Below are positions 25,546 through 37,968 of a stretch of DNA of 64,000 nt, piece by piece. The position numbers were made by a program, and so were the translations under genes. The stretch comes from Octopus sinensis (lineage: Eukaryota): the NCBI RefSeq assembly GCF_006345805.1, contig NC_043018.1, forward strand, positions 19,964,001-20,028,000, in the 5' to 3' direction. The first letter of the stretch is position 1; each line of letters starts with the position of its first letter. Under the pieces are notes generated by a model. The model did no database searches and had not been told where the DNA came from. It worked only from the letters and a program-made list of their open reading frames with translations.

Positions 25546-25597
25546 TGTTATATAAATATGTCATATATATTAAATCCTTCTGTCTCTCTCACTCTCT

Positions 25598-25646
<49 letters not shown>

Positions 25647-26019
25647 AACACATTCACTAAGTATATAAATGGCATTAAACCATCTGTACTTCAAGCTTTG
25701 TGATTACTCTGTTTGATAGTTTTATCAAACAACTGTAAAAAAAACAGTCAGGAATTTCACAAAAATAAATATCCATGGCTTCACATACACACACACAATG
25801 ACAATAATATACGCAGACACACACACACACACACACACATGCAAACAAAGAAAGCCGCGGAGCGTATCAAAGCACACGTTCTCATCTAATTGATACAAGG
25901 AATTATTCCACTCCTCTTCTCGTTAAGTTACCATTAAATTAACAATTGGGAAGGCAACACAGCAAATTATCTTAAATATTTACATTAATCTTTTTCGTTC
26001 TCTCTCTCTCTCTCTCACT

Positions 26020-26032
26020 CTCTCTCTCTATG

Positions 26033-26067
<35 letters not shown>

Positions 26068-26174
26068 ATGTGTGAGTACATGTTTGTATATATATGTGCG
26101 TGTGTGTATTTGTGTACACTCACGCATGGTGTATATATATGCATGTAAATGTGTGTGGTGTGTATATATATTAT

Positions 26175-26206
<32 letters not shown>

Positions 26207-26207
26207 A

Positions 26208-26253
<46 letters not shown>

Positions 26254-26334
26254 GTATGTATGTATATGTGTGTGTGTGTGTATATTATAATGTATGTATA
26301 TGTGTATGTATATATATATATATATTTGTGTATG

Positions 26335-26371
<37 letters not shown>

Positions 26372-26570
26372 TTGTGTATGTATATGTGTATGTATATATT
26401 ATATATATATATATTTGTGTATGTATATATGTATATTTGTTTGTAGACAGATATTTGTGTGTGTATATATGTATATATATATAGATAATATATATATATA
26501 TATACATACATGCACACACACGCACACATATATGTATATATATATATACGTATTTATAGGTGTTTATCTA
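26020..26570. repeat. (TA)/(TG) compound microsatellite field
   Basis: Direct inspection. Confidence 0.9.
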
Positions 26571-26590
26571 TGTATATGCGGACATTAATA

Positions 26591-26627
<37 letters not shown>

Positions 26628-27117
26628 TCATAATGTACCATTCTCTTTAAAAGCCTTTTTTTTTTTTCCCGTTTTGATTTTCATTTGCGAAACCTCATTA
26701 AATAAACCATTTATTTTTATGAGACATTAATTCTTTCCGCGGATTCTTTCAGAGTTTCTAGTGTGTAAAAATGGATTTGGTTCGGTGTGAATCCCAAGGT
26801 TTCTTTCCATTGTCTTTTGACCAAGTCTTCACACTGCTATCAACACATTGTCCTATCAGACAATTATTTGCAAACATTCATAAAGTTTTCTTCACAACGA
26901 TTCTCAGATAAAAAACGGTAAAAACCAGTGAGATATAGTAAATTCATAAATGTTTTAGGCTGTAACTTAACAATTGCGTTATCTATAAAATTAAATGTAT
27001 TTTCGCAGAATCCTGAAGCAGTCAGAACTCATTAATCCATTTAAATTGATTCTGTATGGATATATATATATGTCGGTACATACATATGTATCTATGAGGC
27101 TTTGCGTATGTGTGTGT

Positions 27118-27155
<38 letters not shown>

Positions 27156-27203
27156 TGTGTGCGCGCGTGCACATGCATTTTTGTATGTGTGTATATATCT
27201 GTA

Positions 27204-27426
27204 ACTCTTTAACTCTTTAACTTGTTTCAGTCATTTGACTGCGGCCATGCTGGAGCACCGCCTTTAGTCGAGCAAATCAACCCTAGGACTTATTCTTTGT
27301 AAGCCCAGTACTTATTCTATCGGTCTCTTTTGCCGAACCGCTAAGTGACGGGGACGTAAACACACCAGCATCGGTTGTCAAGCAATGTTAAAGGGACAAA
27401 CACAGACACACAAATATATACACACT

Positions 27427-27471
<45 letters not shown>

Positions 27472-27634
27472 GACAGGCTTCTTTTAGTTTCCGTCTACCA
27501 AATCCACTCACAAGGCATTGGTCGGCCCGGGGCTATAGAAGAAGACACTTGCCCAAGATGCCATGCAGTGGGACGGAACCTGGAACCATGTGGTTGGTAA
27601 GCAAGCTACTTACCACACAGCCACTCCTGCGCCT
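27204..27634 (-). mobile_element. SINE family A
   Basis: Full-length reverse copy. Confidence 0.9.
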
Positions 27635-28118
27635 ATCTATATGTATATATATTCGTCTGTGTGTGTGTGTCTGTATGCATGTATGTGTAATTATGTATGC
27701 ATATGTTGCTTTCCGTAGCTAAAGAGTTCTTTGGCTCTTATTTCTAGCAATGATCATGCTCCTTACACCCATTCTCACTGTTTAGTGACGGTGAATTATG
27801 TAGATCGATATATACTTATAAATATTAATTGATGTGTATATCTATGTGTGTGAGCATCTTCCTTGTTATCATCATCATCGTCATATTATGTCTGTTTGTC
27901 CATGCTTCTCTGGGTCGGTGATAGCAAGATCAGTAGATAAGTGTTTGTTCATCTGTGAATAATGAAATTAATTGTGGATATGCACTGCACTACACACACT
28001 TCTACACAGAAACCACATGTTTATGCTTGTTTCAAATGAAGGCGTAGAAATCTGAAGATCAATTAATATATTTGCAAGTCCTTATCTCTAGATTCTTATC
28101 ATCTTATAACTATATGTG

Positions 28119-28176
<58 letters not shown>

Positions 28177-28208
28177 TATATATGTGTGTGGTGTGTGTAT
28201 GTGTGTGT

Positions 28209-28485
28209 GGTGGCACAATGGCCCAGTTGTTAGGGCACCGGTCTCGCGGTCGTAGGATCATGGTTTCGATTCCCAGACCGGTCGAAAACATCTAAAGCTC
28301 CACGAGGCTCCAGCAGGGGGTGGTGGCGATCCCTGCTGTACTCTTTCGCCACAACTTTCTCTCACTTTTTCTGCTGTTGGCCTGCTCGCTTAGCCAGCGG
28401 GGTGGCGTCATTTGAAGGCTAAAATAATGCGAAGTGCATTGTGACCAGCGATGTGTAGCAGCATCTGATAGCCTGGTCGGTCACG

Positions 28486-28490
<5 letters not shown>
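28209..28490 (+). mobile_element. SINE family D head with tail type 2
   Basis: TGGCCCAGTTGTTAGGGC...GGTTTCGATTCCCAGACC; tail ends GGTCACGGTGAT. Confidence 0.8.
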
Positions 28491-28521
<31 letters not shown>

Positions 28522-28578
28522 AGTGTGACTTGTTCATAATTATAAACATTCTTCTTATATATATATGTATGTATGTAC

Positions 28579-28895
28579 ATCATCATCATCATTGTTTAAC
28601 GTCCGTTTTCCATGCTTGCATGGGTTGGACGGTTCGACCGGGGTCTGGGAAGCCAGGAGGCTGCACCAGGCTCCAGTCTGATCTGGCAGTGTTTCTGCAG
28701 CTGGATGCCCTTCCTAACGCCAACCACTTCGTGAGTGTAGTGGGTGCTTTTTACGTGCCACCAGCACAGGTGCCAGGGAGGCCGGCAATGGCCACAATTG
28801 GTTGGTGGTTTTTCGTGCCACCGACACGGAAGCCAGTCAAGGCGGCACTGGCAATGGCCACATACAGATGGTGCTTTTTATGTGCCACTGGCACA
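28579..28895 (-). mobile_element. Family C repeat
   Basis: (ATC)n tail, GCTGGATGCCCTTCCTAACGCCAACC, GTGCCAC modules. Confidence 0.75.
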
Positions 28896-29061
28896 TATAC
28901 ATGTATATATATGTAAATGTATATATGTATGTGTGTGTATAATCAACAAATGACATCCAGAGATTCTCATTATAGAAGACTCTTGGGAGTGTCCAAAGGA
29001 TTCAAACTTAGATTCTGATGTCTTTGCAGGGGTCCAATTCCCTGTACGATTTATTTTACTG

Positions 29062-29335
29062 CCTGTTACTTATTCTGTCAGTCTCTTTTGCCAAATTGCT
29101 AAGCTGGAGGGACATAAACAAACCAACACCAGTTGTGAAGCAGTGGTGTGGAAACACACATGCATACACACATATATATGATGGATTTCTTTCAGTTTCC
29201 TTCTATCAAATATCCTCACAAGGCTTTGGCCAGCCTAGGGTTATAACAGGTAACACTGACCAAAAGTGCTGCAAAGTAGGACAGAATCCAAGGCCACATG
29301 GTCTTACATGCAAGCTTCTTCCCACACAGCCTGTG
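29062..29335 (-). mobile_element. SINE family A, old
   Basis: Diverged reverse copy. Confidence 0.6.
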
Positions 29336-29375
29336 TCTAAAATGTAAACCAACCTTCCCATGTGGGTAATTGAAC

Positions 29376-29485
29376 TCCTTGTCTCCTGACTGCGGGAAGC
29401 CCCTTGTCTCCTGACAACGGGAACCCCCTTGTCTCCTGACAACGGGAACCCCCTTGTTTCCTGACAACGGGAACCCCCTGGTCTC
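29376..29485. repeat. 25-bp minisatellite, ~4.3 copies
   Basis: CTTGTCTCCTGACAACGGGAACCCC units starting at 29378, 29403, 29428, 29453. Confidence 0.9.
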
Positions 29486-29526
29486 TTGTTCTCTTGACAG
29501 GTGGGAATACCTACCACTATACTTAC

Positions 29527-29778
29527 CTGGCTTTTACTCACACAACCCTAAACATCTTCCTTATTTCGTTGAATCTTGGTCATAGGGGCAGGGCGGGGTT
29601 GTTTCAACAGTCTGTTTCAACGGATGATTTCACATCCAAAATATAAAACAATGCGAAATCTTCGTTATTGTCTTTGAGGAACCTACCAACGGCCCATCCT
29701 CACCCAGCTGCCACCTCTCCATCTCAATGCAAATTTCTTGAGTCTTGAGATAGAATGCTTCGGTAAAGACAGATGTTC
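29527..29778 (-). other. Candidate non-coding or poison cassette exon
   Basis: Acceptor CCCGCTTTTAACACAG|, donor CCAG|GTAAGTAT; stop codons in all three frames. Confidence 0.3.
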
Positions 29779-31100
29779 CTGTGTTAAAAGCGGGCAGTTA
29801 AATGCTACTACAATGGATTGGCAATTTCTCAGTGGTTGAATCTACTAAAACAAAAATGACAACAACAACAACAACAACAACGGCAACAACTTACCATATT
29901 CCTAACAGGCGCCAACTTCAAACCATTCAAACTCTTCACTGACCCCCCCCCTCCACCACCACACCTTAATCTCATTTACCTTCCTCTCCGTCCTTCTCTC
30001 AGATAAGAGAACACAATGATAAATGCTGTGATTCTTCTTTGAGTTATTGTCATCATCCTTTATTCTTGATCAGTTTTGTTATTCCACCTTTGTGCAGGAA
30101 GAATGCCGTCTGCTATTGGGAATTTCTCAATAGACTGAAAATCCTTTGAAAAACATGATTCTGCTTACAGAAATTTTCAGAAGATTACAATTTAAAATCC
30201 TTCCACCTTCATCCGATGCCCTCTGAACTTAGGTTTGGTATTTAAGAATGCCATTCTACTGGCAGGTTCCAAAGGGATTAGTCGATAGATATATTCTGGA
30301 TAAATAGGTTGATGCCAGGCCAAAATGGTTTTAATTTGAGGATGGATTCATTCTATAGAGTCTTTTGAATATGGATTCTTAGATTTTTACCAGTATTCTG
30401 TCGAATGCCCAAACAAGAATTAGGCTAAACTTTTACTAAATACTTCCTTAGAGACACAGACATTATGGCATCCTTAGCAACATTGGTTTGGATGTACATA
30501 CATACAAGTGCATATTTGTGTATGTGTGTGTGTGTGTGTGTGATTACACATATATATACTCACACACATCTCTCTCCTCCATATATATATATGTATGTAT
30601 GTATGTATGTAGTTAAATAGGATTTTGGTTAACAACTTGTAGTATACTATACAAAGCTCAGCCAAAGTTATTGGCTACCTGGTGTCATCATAGAGTCGAT
30701 ATGCTCCTTATAGTGGATATACATCCAGAATTCCATAGTATCTGTAGAGTTTATATGAATAAATAAATGACAGACAATGGAATGAACAACATTCTTTCTT
30801 TATAATGGTAATGATTACACAACATCTCACCAATGTATTACAGGTGTGTAAAAATGCATAGAAACAATTGTCGTGAGTTTTAATAAAGAATATCATTCAT
30901 TCCACTTTCTATCATCCATCCATTCATCCATTCATCCATCTGTGTGTATATATATATATATATCTATATATATATAACTAATGTAGGATAAAATTTTTTT
31001 CGGGAGAAAAATTTTATCAATGGCCAGCATATCAAAAAATACCTTTAAAGGTTAGATTCATATATAATTATATATATAATAAAAAATTATATATATATAT

Positions 31101-31370
31101 AGCCTGTCGTATATATGTATATATATATATATATGTTTGTGTGTGTGTGTTTGTGTGTCTGTGTTTGTCCCCCTAGCATTGCTTGACAACCGATGCTGGT
31201 GTGTTTACGTTCCCATCACTTAGTGGTTTGGCAAAAAGAGACTGATAGAATAAGTACTGGGCTTACAAAGAATAAGTTCTGGGGTTGATTTACTCGACTA
31301 AAGGCGGTGCTCCAGCATGGCCACAGTCAAATGACTGAAACAAATAAAGGAATAAAAGAAAAGAAAAGAA
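31101..31370 (+). mobile_element. SINE family A, 5'-truncated
   Basis: Starts at AGCCTGTCGTATAT; 3' half intact. Confidence 0.8.
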
Positions 31371-31544
31371 TATATATATATGTATGTATGTATGTATGTA
31401 TTTATAGATAAATGTGTTTGTATGTATATAGATATGTATGTATATATTTGTGTTTGTATATATGTATGTATTCTTTCAATATTCGTGTCAAAGCTCTGGC
31501 TTCTTTTATCTTCTTTTTTTAATAAGTTTTCAAGTATGCCTCTT

Positions 31545-32075
31545 TGCTCCTCCTCCACCACCACATCCTCTTCTCCTTCTTCTCCTTTCTCTTCTTCATT
31601 TGCCCCCTCCTCTTCTATTTCTTTTCCTCCCCTTCCTCTTCTTCAATTTCTTTCTCTCTTTTTCTTCTTCTTCCACTTCTTCTTCTTCTTCTTCTTCTTC
31701 TTTTTTCCTTCTTCTGCTTCTTCTGCTTCTTCTTTTTCTTCTTCTTCTTCTTTTTCTTCTTCTTCTTCCACTTCTCCTCCTCCTCCTTCCTCTTCTTGCA
31801 CTTCTTCTTGCATTTCTCCCCCCGTCCTTCTTCTTCTCCTTCTTCTTCTTCTTCTTCTTCCACTTCTCCTCCCCCTCCCCCTTCTTCTCCTTCTCCTTCT
31901 TTTTCTTCTTCCACTCCTCCTCCTCCTCCTTTTTCTTCCACTTCCACTTCTTCTTCTTCATCTTCTTCATCTTCTTCATCTTCTTCTTCTTCTTCTTCTC
32001 TTCCTCCCCTTCTTCCTCCACTCTCATCTTCCTTATCTTGTTTTAAATTTACCTCCTCCCTCTCCCTCTCCCTCA
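31545..32075. repeat. (CTT)/(CCT) polypyrimidine tract
   Basis: About 530 nt almost free of purines on the plus strand. Confidence 0.9.
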
Positions 32076-32257
32076 CATTCATCAGTATTAATCTCGCCTT
32101 TTTAAAGATTTCATTTCTATTTTTTGTCGTATTCTTGTCTTGTTTTAATCTTGCTCTTTATTCATTGTATCTTCTCAATTCCTGCTAATCAAAGATGTTT
32201 GTTTACTAATCTGTTTGTCTGTCTGTTAGTCTGCTAGCTTGGAATATCTGAAAGAGG

Positions 32258-32289
<32 letters not shown>

Positions 32290-32494
32290 AGTATTGACAG
32301 ACAGATAGGCAAGCAGACACACACACACACACACACACACACACAACACACATATACATACATACATATATATACATTCATACATACATTTATATATATA
32401 TAAATGTATATATATAGTGTGGTATATATATATTATATATATATATATATATACACACACACGCGCAAACACTCACACACATACATATATATGC

Positions 32495-32527
<33 letters not shown>

Positions 32528-32698
32528 CTATATATATATATATATATATATTCTAGTCTAATATACATACATGTACATGGATTTACACACACATATACAT
32601 ACATATATTATATATAATATATATATTATATATATATATATATATATTATATATATGATATATACATACATATATATGTATATTGTACACATACACAT

Positions 32699-32736
<38 letters not shown>

Positions 32737-33076
32737 AAACACACCCACACACACACACACACAATTGCTAGAAGACAAAACTAAAATTAAAACCAAATTC
32801 CTTCAGCCCCCTTCAACTCAATCTTCCGAAATATTGAACTTTTAACCTTTATTTTCGTTTTCTTTAAAAAATCATTAATTTAAATCTTTGAAGCATTGCT
32901 AAAAAGGATTATTTTTAGACCAACATTGATTTAGTTCTTCTAATCAGGTTTGGTGTTCCAGTTCTGCAGTCTTTCTCTCTTCGCTTCCCTCTCTGGTCTG
33001 TTGGCTGCTTGGTTCCATCAGTCGGTCTGTCGGTCAGTCGGTCGGTCAGTCAGTTCACTCAAGATGTTTGTTTTAC

Positions 33077-33107
33077 CTGAACACTACTTCAAGTTGTTCC
33101 TTCTCAC
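33077..33107 (-). CDS. Candidate 31-nt coding micro-exon (EKEQLEVVF), phase 1 to phase 2
   Basis: TCATCTCTTGCAG|GTGAGA...TTCAG|GTAAAA. Confidence 0.35.
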
Positions 33108-33188
33108 CTGCAAGAGATGATGTTTTATGCAAACTGTATCACCATCATCATCATCATCATCACCAATTTTATCATCATGTGCATTACC

Positions 33189-33611
33189 TATTTCTTTACT
33201 ACCCACAAGGGGCTACACACAGAGAGGGCAAACAAGGACAGACAAACGGATTAAGTCGATTACATCGACACCAGTGCGTAACTGGTACTTATCTAATTGA
33301 CCCTGAAAGGATGAAAGGCAAAGTCGACCTTGACGGAATTTGAACTCAGAACGTAGCGGCAGACGAAATACCTAATTCTTTACTACCCACAAGGGGCTAA
33401 ACACAGAGAGGACAAACAAGGACAGACAAACAGATTAAGTCGATTACATCGACCCCAGTGCGTAACTGGTACTTATTTAATCGACCTCGAAGGGATGAAA
33501 GGCAAAGTGGACCTCGGCGGAATTTGAACTCAGAACGTAGTGGCAGACGAAATACTGCTAAGCATTTCGCCCAGTGTGCTAACGTTTCTGCCAGCTCACC
33601 GCCTTAATTTG
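33189..33611 (-). mobile_element. Dimeric SINE family B with 16-bp TSD
   Basis: Two units, junction ~33370; CATCAT(G/C)TGCATTACC at 33173-33188 and 33612-33627. Confidence 0.9.
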
Positions 33612-34233
33612 CATCATCTGCATTACCATCATCATCATCATCGACACTTACCCAAGGTGCTACGCTGTGGGACTGAACCCAGAACTATGTAGTTGGGAAG
33701 CAAGCTTCTTACCACACAGCCACACTTGCACCCATATATACTTACATATTGATACGCCCCATATTATGATAGCGGAACTTCATCATCTGCGTGACTGGCC
33801 CACACGGCATACCTTGCCGACTGACCCTGCTTGCTGTATCTGTCCACTGTTTATCAGTAGTGGAACATTGCTATCACCATCTAAGCTACTGCCATTATCA
33901 ATGTTATCATCATCATCATCATCATCATCATCTTCATCATTATCCATAATTATGCAATCACAAGATGGCTAAAAGATTGAGAAGTCTCTTTTTCAATTCC
34001 AAAGTTGCAAGTTCAATCCCACTCTTCAGCAAGAGTCTTTCACCTAAACTTCAGCTTGACCCAGGATTTCCGAGTGAAATCGGGTGCCTAATGGTAACTG
34101 GGTGGAAGCCACCAGATGGATTGTACATTTCTTAGGCTCCAATCTTGTCACACACCGAACCCGGAACCATGTGGTTGGGAAGCAAGCTTCTTACCCCACT
34201 GCAATGCATATATATCTATATTCATATCTATAT

Positions 34234-34410
34234 GTGACCTCGTGTGTACCGTTGGCGATTTTTTTTCCTCTGTCTTCCCTTCTCGGGATCTTTCCTTCTC
34301 CTATGTTTCCGACGAAGAGCTCCGCTTGAAACGTTAAACCCTCCTTCTTTCCTTCTTTCCTGAGCATCCAATAATACTATATTTGTTCCACGTCCTCATA
34401 TTGTTGTGTT
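34234..34410 (+). mobile_element. Penelope-like terminal-repeat remnant with minimal hammerhead motif (34305-34339)
   Basis: GTTT-CCGACGA-AGAGC/TCC/GCTT-GAA-ACGT-T|AAAC; homologous to 49516-49713. Confidence 0.65.
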
Positions 34411-34881
34411 AAATTGACCGCTCGTGTTTTTGACGCCCGAATCAATCTAATTAATTGCATTTCTGACAAACTCTACCGAAGATTTATGGATGCAAGTGTA
34501 AGTAAAACTACATATTGCATTAGTAATGAAACAATTGTATAGAGTCAATCTATTTTATTCGTTGTATTTCACTTTCCTTCAGTTAAATGTGTGTTGATTC
34601 TAGTTGGAAACGGATCTTTTGTGGTTGCTTCGGAGCTATTTTTAGCACTAGAGTTATCCACATAGTGGATAACTCTCTAATAATTTATGTATAAATTTGT
34701 ATTTTCTCCGTAGTTTTTTGTGCTAAGCCACTTGGTGTTAAATTGACGGTATTATTAAATTAATATCGATTTTTCACCCTCATTTATAATTTTATATATA
34801 TATATATATGTATGTATGTATATATATATCATCATCATCATCATCGTTTAACGTCCGTTTCCATGCTAGCATACATACATG

Positions 34882-34927
<46 letters not shown>

Positions 34928-34930
<3 letters not shown>

Positions 34931-35223
34931 AAATAAGCAACAGGATTCCAGAGGTGGATGCAGTACGATCTTTTCAAGTGACTCCATTTAATTGAACAAT
35001 GCAATCATTACATCAATTCAAATGCAGAGCAATCTTCAGCTGTAATGATGGCATTGTTCAATTAAATGGAGCCGATTGAAACGATCGTACTGCATCACCT
35101 CTGGATATCCTGTTTCTTATTTTGATTTTATTCACCTCATTTGAAACTGTACGGATAATACTGCACTAATTTTTGGTGGCTCAACTTAAGTACCTAATTC
35201 ATCTGAATCTCAATTATTGTGCT
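34928..35223. mobile_element. Fold-back element in (TA)n; arms 34928-35012 and 35041-35125
   Basis: About 85-bp arms at ~90% identity; right arm has GAAACGATCGTA and continues ~100 bp to (TA)n. Confidence 0.6.
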
Positions 35224-35238
35224 TATATATATATATGT

Positions 35239-35299
<61 letters not shown>

Positions 35300-35897
35300 T
35301 TTGTTTGTTTGTTTGTTCTAAAGGCTCCAATTACCAGTAATGATAGTTGCTTGTTTCTGATCGGCAGCCAGTAATTCGAATCTGGCTTACTTTTGAATAA
35401 CCAGTGTCTGAATATTTCTTAAAATACGAAATGGAAGCTTGAAGGAAATGCTTATTTTTATGTTCTTATGTTCAAAAAACCTTTGTGAATGATATTTTAT
35501 TGTGTCTGGGAGAGAGTCGTTCTCTTTTCATGCCATATTAATTAGTGAATGAGTGGGCATTAACCCTTTCTGAAAGAGACGATCATGTTTATATGTACAT
35601 GTTATATATATATTATTATATATATATATATATACCTTCGAACACGCATGGAGTCGAACCAGGGACAGCTGATGAAGGGGAATATTCCTTGTATTGTTTG
35701 TCTTGTACTCTGTTTTTTCGTTGTTAAAAAAAGTCCATTTCCATCTGTGTTTTACGTTTCGTTTCTCGTTGAGTTCTACGTCTATTTGTGGTGTCCTGTA
35801 CTCATATATATATATATATATATATATGCATGTATATATACATGTAGATGTAGGTACGTACATATATGTATGTATGTATGCATATATTTTATTTATT

Positions 35898-35932
<35 letters not shown>

Positions 35933-35939
35933 TTAAGTG

Positions 35940-36133
35940 TGTGTGCCTTTGTGTCATGTTTGTCCCCGCACCATCACATGACAACAGGTGTTGGTGAGTT
36001 TACATCCCTGGTAACATAGCAGTTCGGCAAAAGGGGTCCGATAGAATAAGTACTAGGCTTTGACAAAAAAACTCTTTAAGGCAGTGCTCTAGCATGGCCA
36101 TAGTCAAATAGCTGAAACAAATAAAAGAATAAA
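35940..36133 (+). mobile_element. SINE family A 3' half, diverged
   Basis: GATAGAATAAGTACT...AGCATGGCC...GAAACAAATAAAAG. Confidence 0.65.
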
Positions 36134-36244
36134 AGCATGTGCTTATATACATATACCCATATACAGACATGGACACAGGTGTATTAAGACATATCATAAT
36201 GGTTTCAAATTTTGGCACAATACCAGTAATTTCTGGGGAGGGGG

Positions 36245-36437
36245 TAAGTTGATTATAACAGCCCCACTGCTGAACTGGTACTTATTTTATCAACCTTGAC
36301 AGGATGGAAAGCAAAGTTGACCTTGGTGGAATTTGAACTCAGAGCATAAACACTCACAACGCCCGGTCTGGGAATTGAAAACCGCAATCATACGACCGTG
36401 AGCCCGCTGCCCTAACCACTGGGCCATTGCGCCACCT
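36245..36437 (-). mobile_element. SINE B fragment abutting a SINE D head
   Basis: GGTGGAATTTGAACTCAG then CCCTAACCACTGGGCCATTGCGCC. Confidence 0.65.
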
Positions 36438-36463
36438 AATATATATATATTATATATATATAT

Positions 36464-36549
<86 letters not shown>

Positions 36550-36569
36550 TATATATATATCTATATATA

Positions 36570-36942
36570 CTAGCAGTATCGCCCAGCGTTGCTTGGGTTT
36601 GTAAGGGAAATAACTATATAAGCATTTTTAGAGATGTAAAGTATAATAGCCATCTCAATATGTGACTGTAGCTTTTTACGTTCTGAGATTTAATAATAAA
36701 TTTTTAGAGAGTTACTTCCCTTATATATGCCAAAAATGCATTAAAAATGTGAAAAATTGATGTTAAATTTTTTTTTGAATCGTAGACTCATTGTAGACGT
36801 GTGCTAACCCAGAAGGGCTCGATATGAATCACGACTATAAGATACCCGGTTTTGGTTAAACTGCAACGCATAATGTGGAAGTAGTTAGGAATCTAAATCG
36901 TAGGAGACAGACAGCACACAACCTCTCTTTTATATATAAAGA
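36570..36942 (-). mobile_element. Non-autonomous Helitron, variant internal structure
   Basis: A|CTAG...hairpin...GA|T termini; lacks the GC-rich core of the other copies and carries a 65-nt insert. Confidence 0.8.
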
Positions 36943-37928
36943 TAATGGCAGAGAGAGATATATAGATGTATGTATATATATACACACATATATCTGAAAT
37001 GCTGCTTTAAAGAATTTATTAATAGGCAAATAAGCTAATTTCTTTAAAATATTAAGATTTGATTGTTCCAGCTGCTTCTCGATGTATAGTTGATGCCAAT
37101 TGTCAATATTCATATCAGAAACAGATTAGAATCTCTGCTGCCAAACTGATGGCAATTCTTTGTGACCATTTTTTTTTTTTTTTTTTTTTCTGCGAAGAAT
37201 TAAATGCAAATTGTGGCTTACTTACATTCTGAACATGACAGCTTATTACTGAATAAGTAGTCATTTACATGACAGCTTCATCACACTCTATCTATCTATC
37301 TGTCTGTCTCTCTGTATGTCCATATAAGTTTGTGTATGTATGGTCATGTGTGTGTGTGTGTGTGTGTGTGTATCACACAAACGTACACGCGTAACAGAAA
37401 AAGACCTGCTACACATCCACACAAATCACAGTAGTATATTACATTTGTGATTGATATATGTGTATGTATGTATGTGTGTGTGTGTGTGTGTGTATTTATG
37501 CAAACTTTAGGTTAATTAAAATATGGTTGTGACATATTTCAACTTCTAAAGGCAAATTCACTGCAGGTACCACAGAGCAAAAATTTCTCTCTTCCAGTAA
37601 AGTCTAAAAATACCATATCTACTCTGTCAGATTCCCAGTGGCAGCATTTCTAGCTCTTTAGTCTTTATCAATGGGAAATACCAAAGCAAGGTAACTCTAG
37701 ACGGATTAAAAGCCATAGATTTAACTAAAACACAATCAACAACATTGTGCTATTGGACTGCCTGGTTTGTGATCAGATCAGCATTATCACCACCATCCAG
37801 TGATTACATTTTACAACTTTTTACCTCAAGAGAAAGTTGAAATGCCCTTAGAAGTTGAAATGTGTCACAGATATATTTTCACAAACCTAAATTTGCTAAT
37901 GCCTAAACACTGCATGGCACTAATACTG

Positions 37929-37964
<36 letters not shown>

Positions 37965-37968
<4 letters not shown>

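Noticed and set aside
29519-29531. ATACTTACCTGGC, identical to the U1 snRNA 5' end
   Set aside because: Only 13 nt match and the U1 stem-loops do not follow; better read as a consensus splice donor on the minus strand
34654-34672. DnaA-box-like TTATCCACA in an inverted pair
   Set aside because: A bacterial origin is implausible in SINE-rich animal DNA; kept only as a hairpin
35636-35806. CTGATGA followed by an AAGG/CCTT hairpin in a (TA)n-flanked segment
   Set aside because: No GAAA or helix III follows; may be a PLE-like remnant but no ribozyme can be supported
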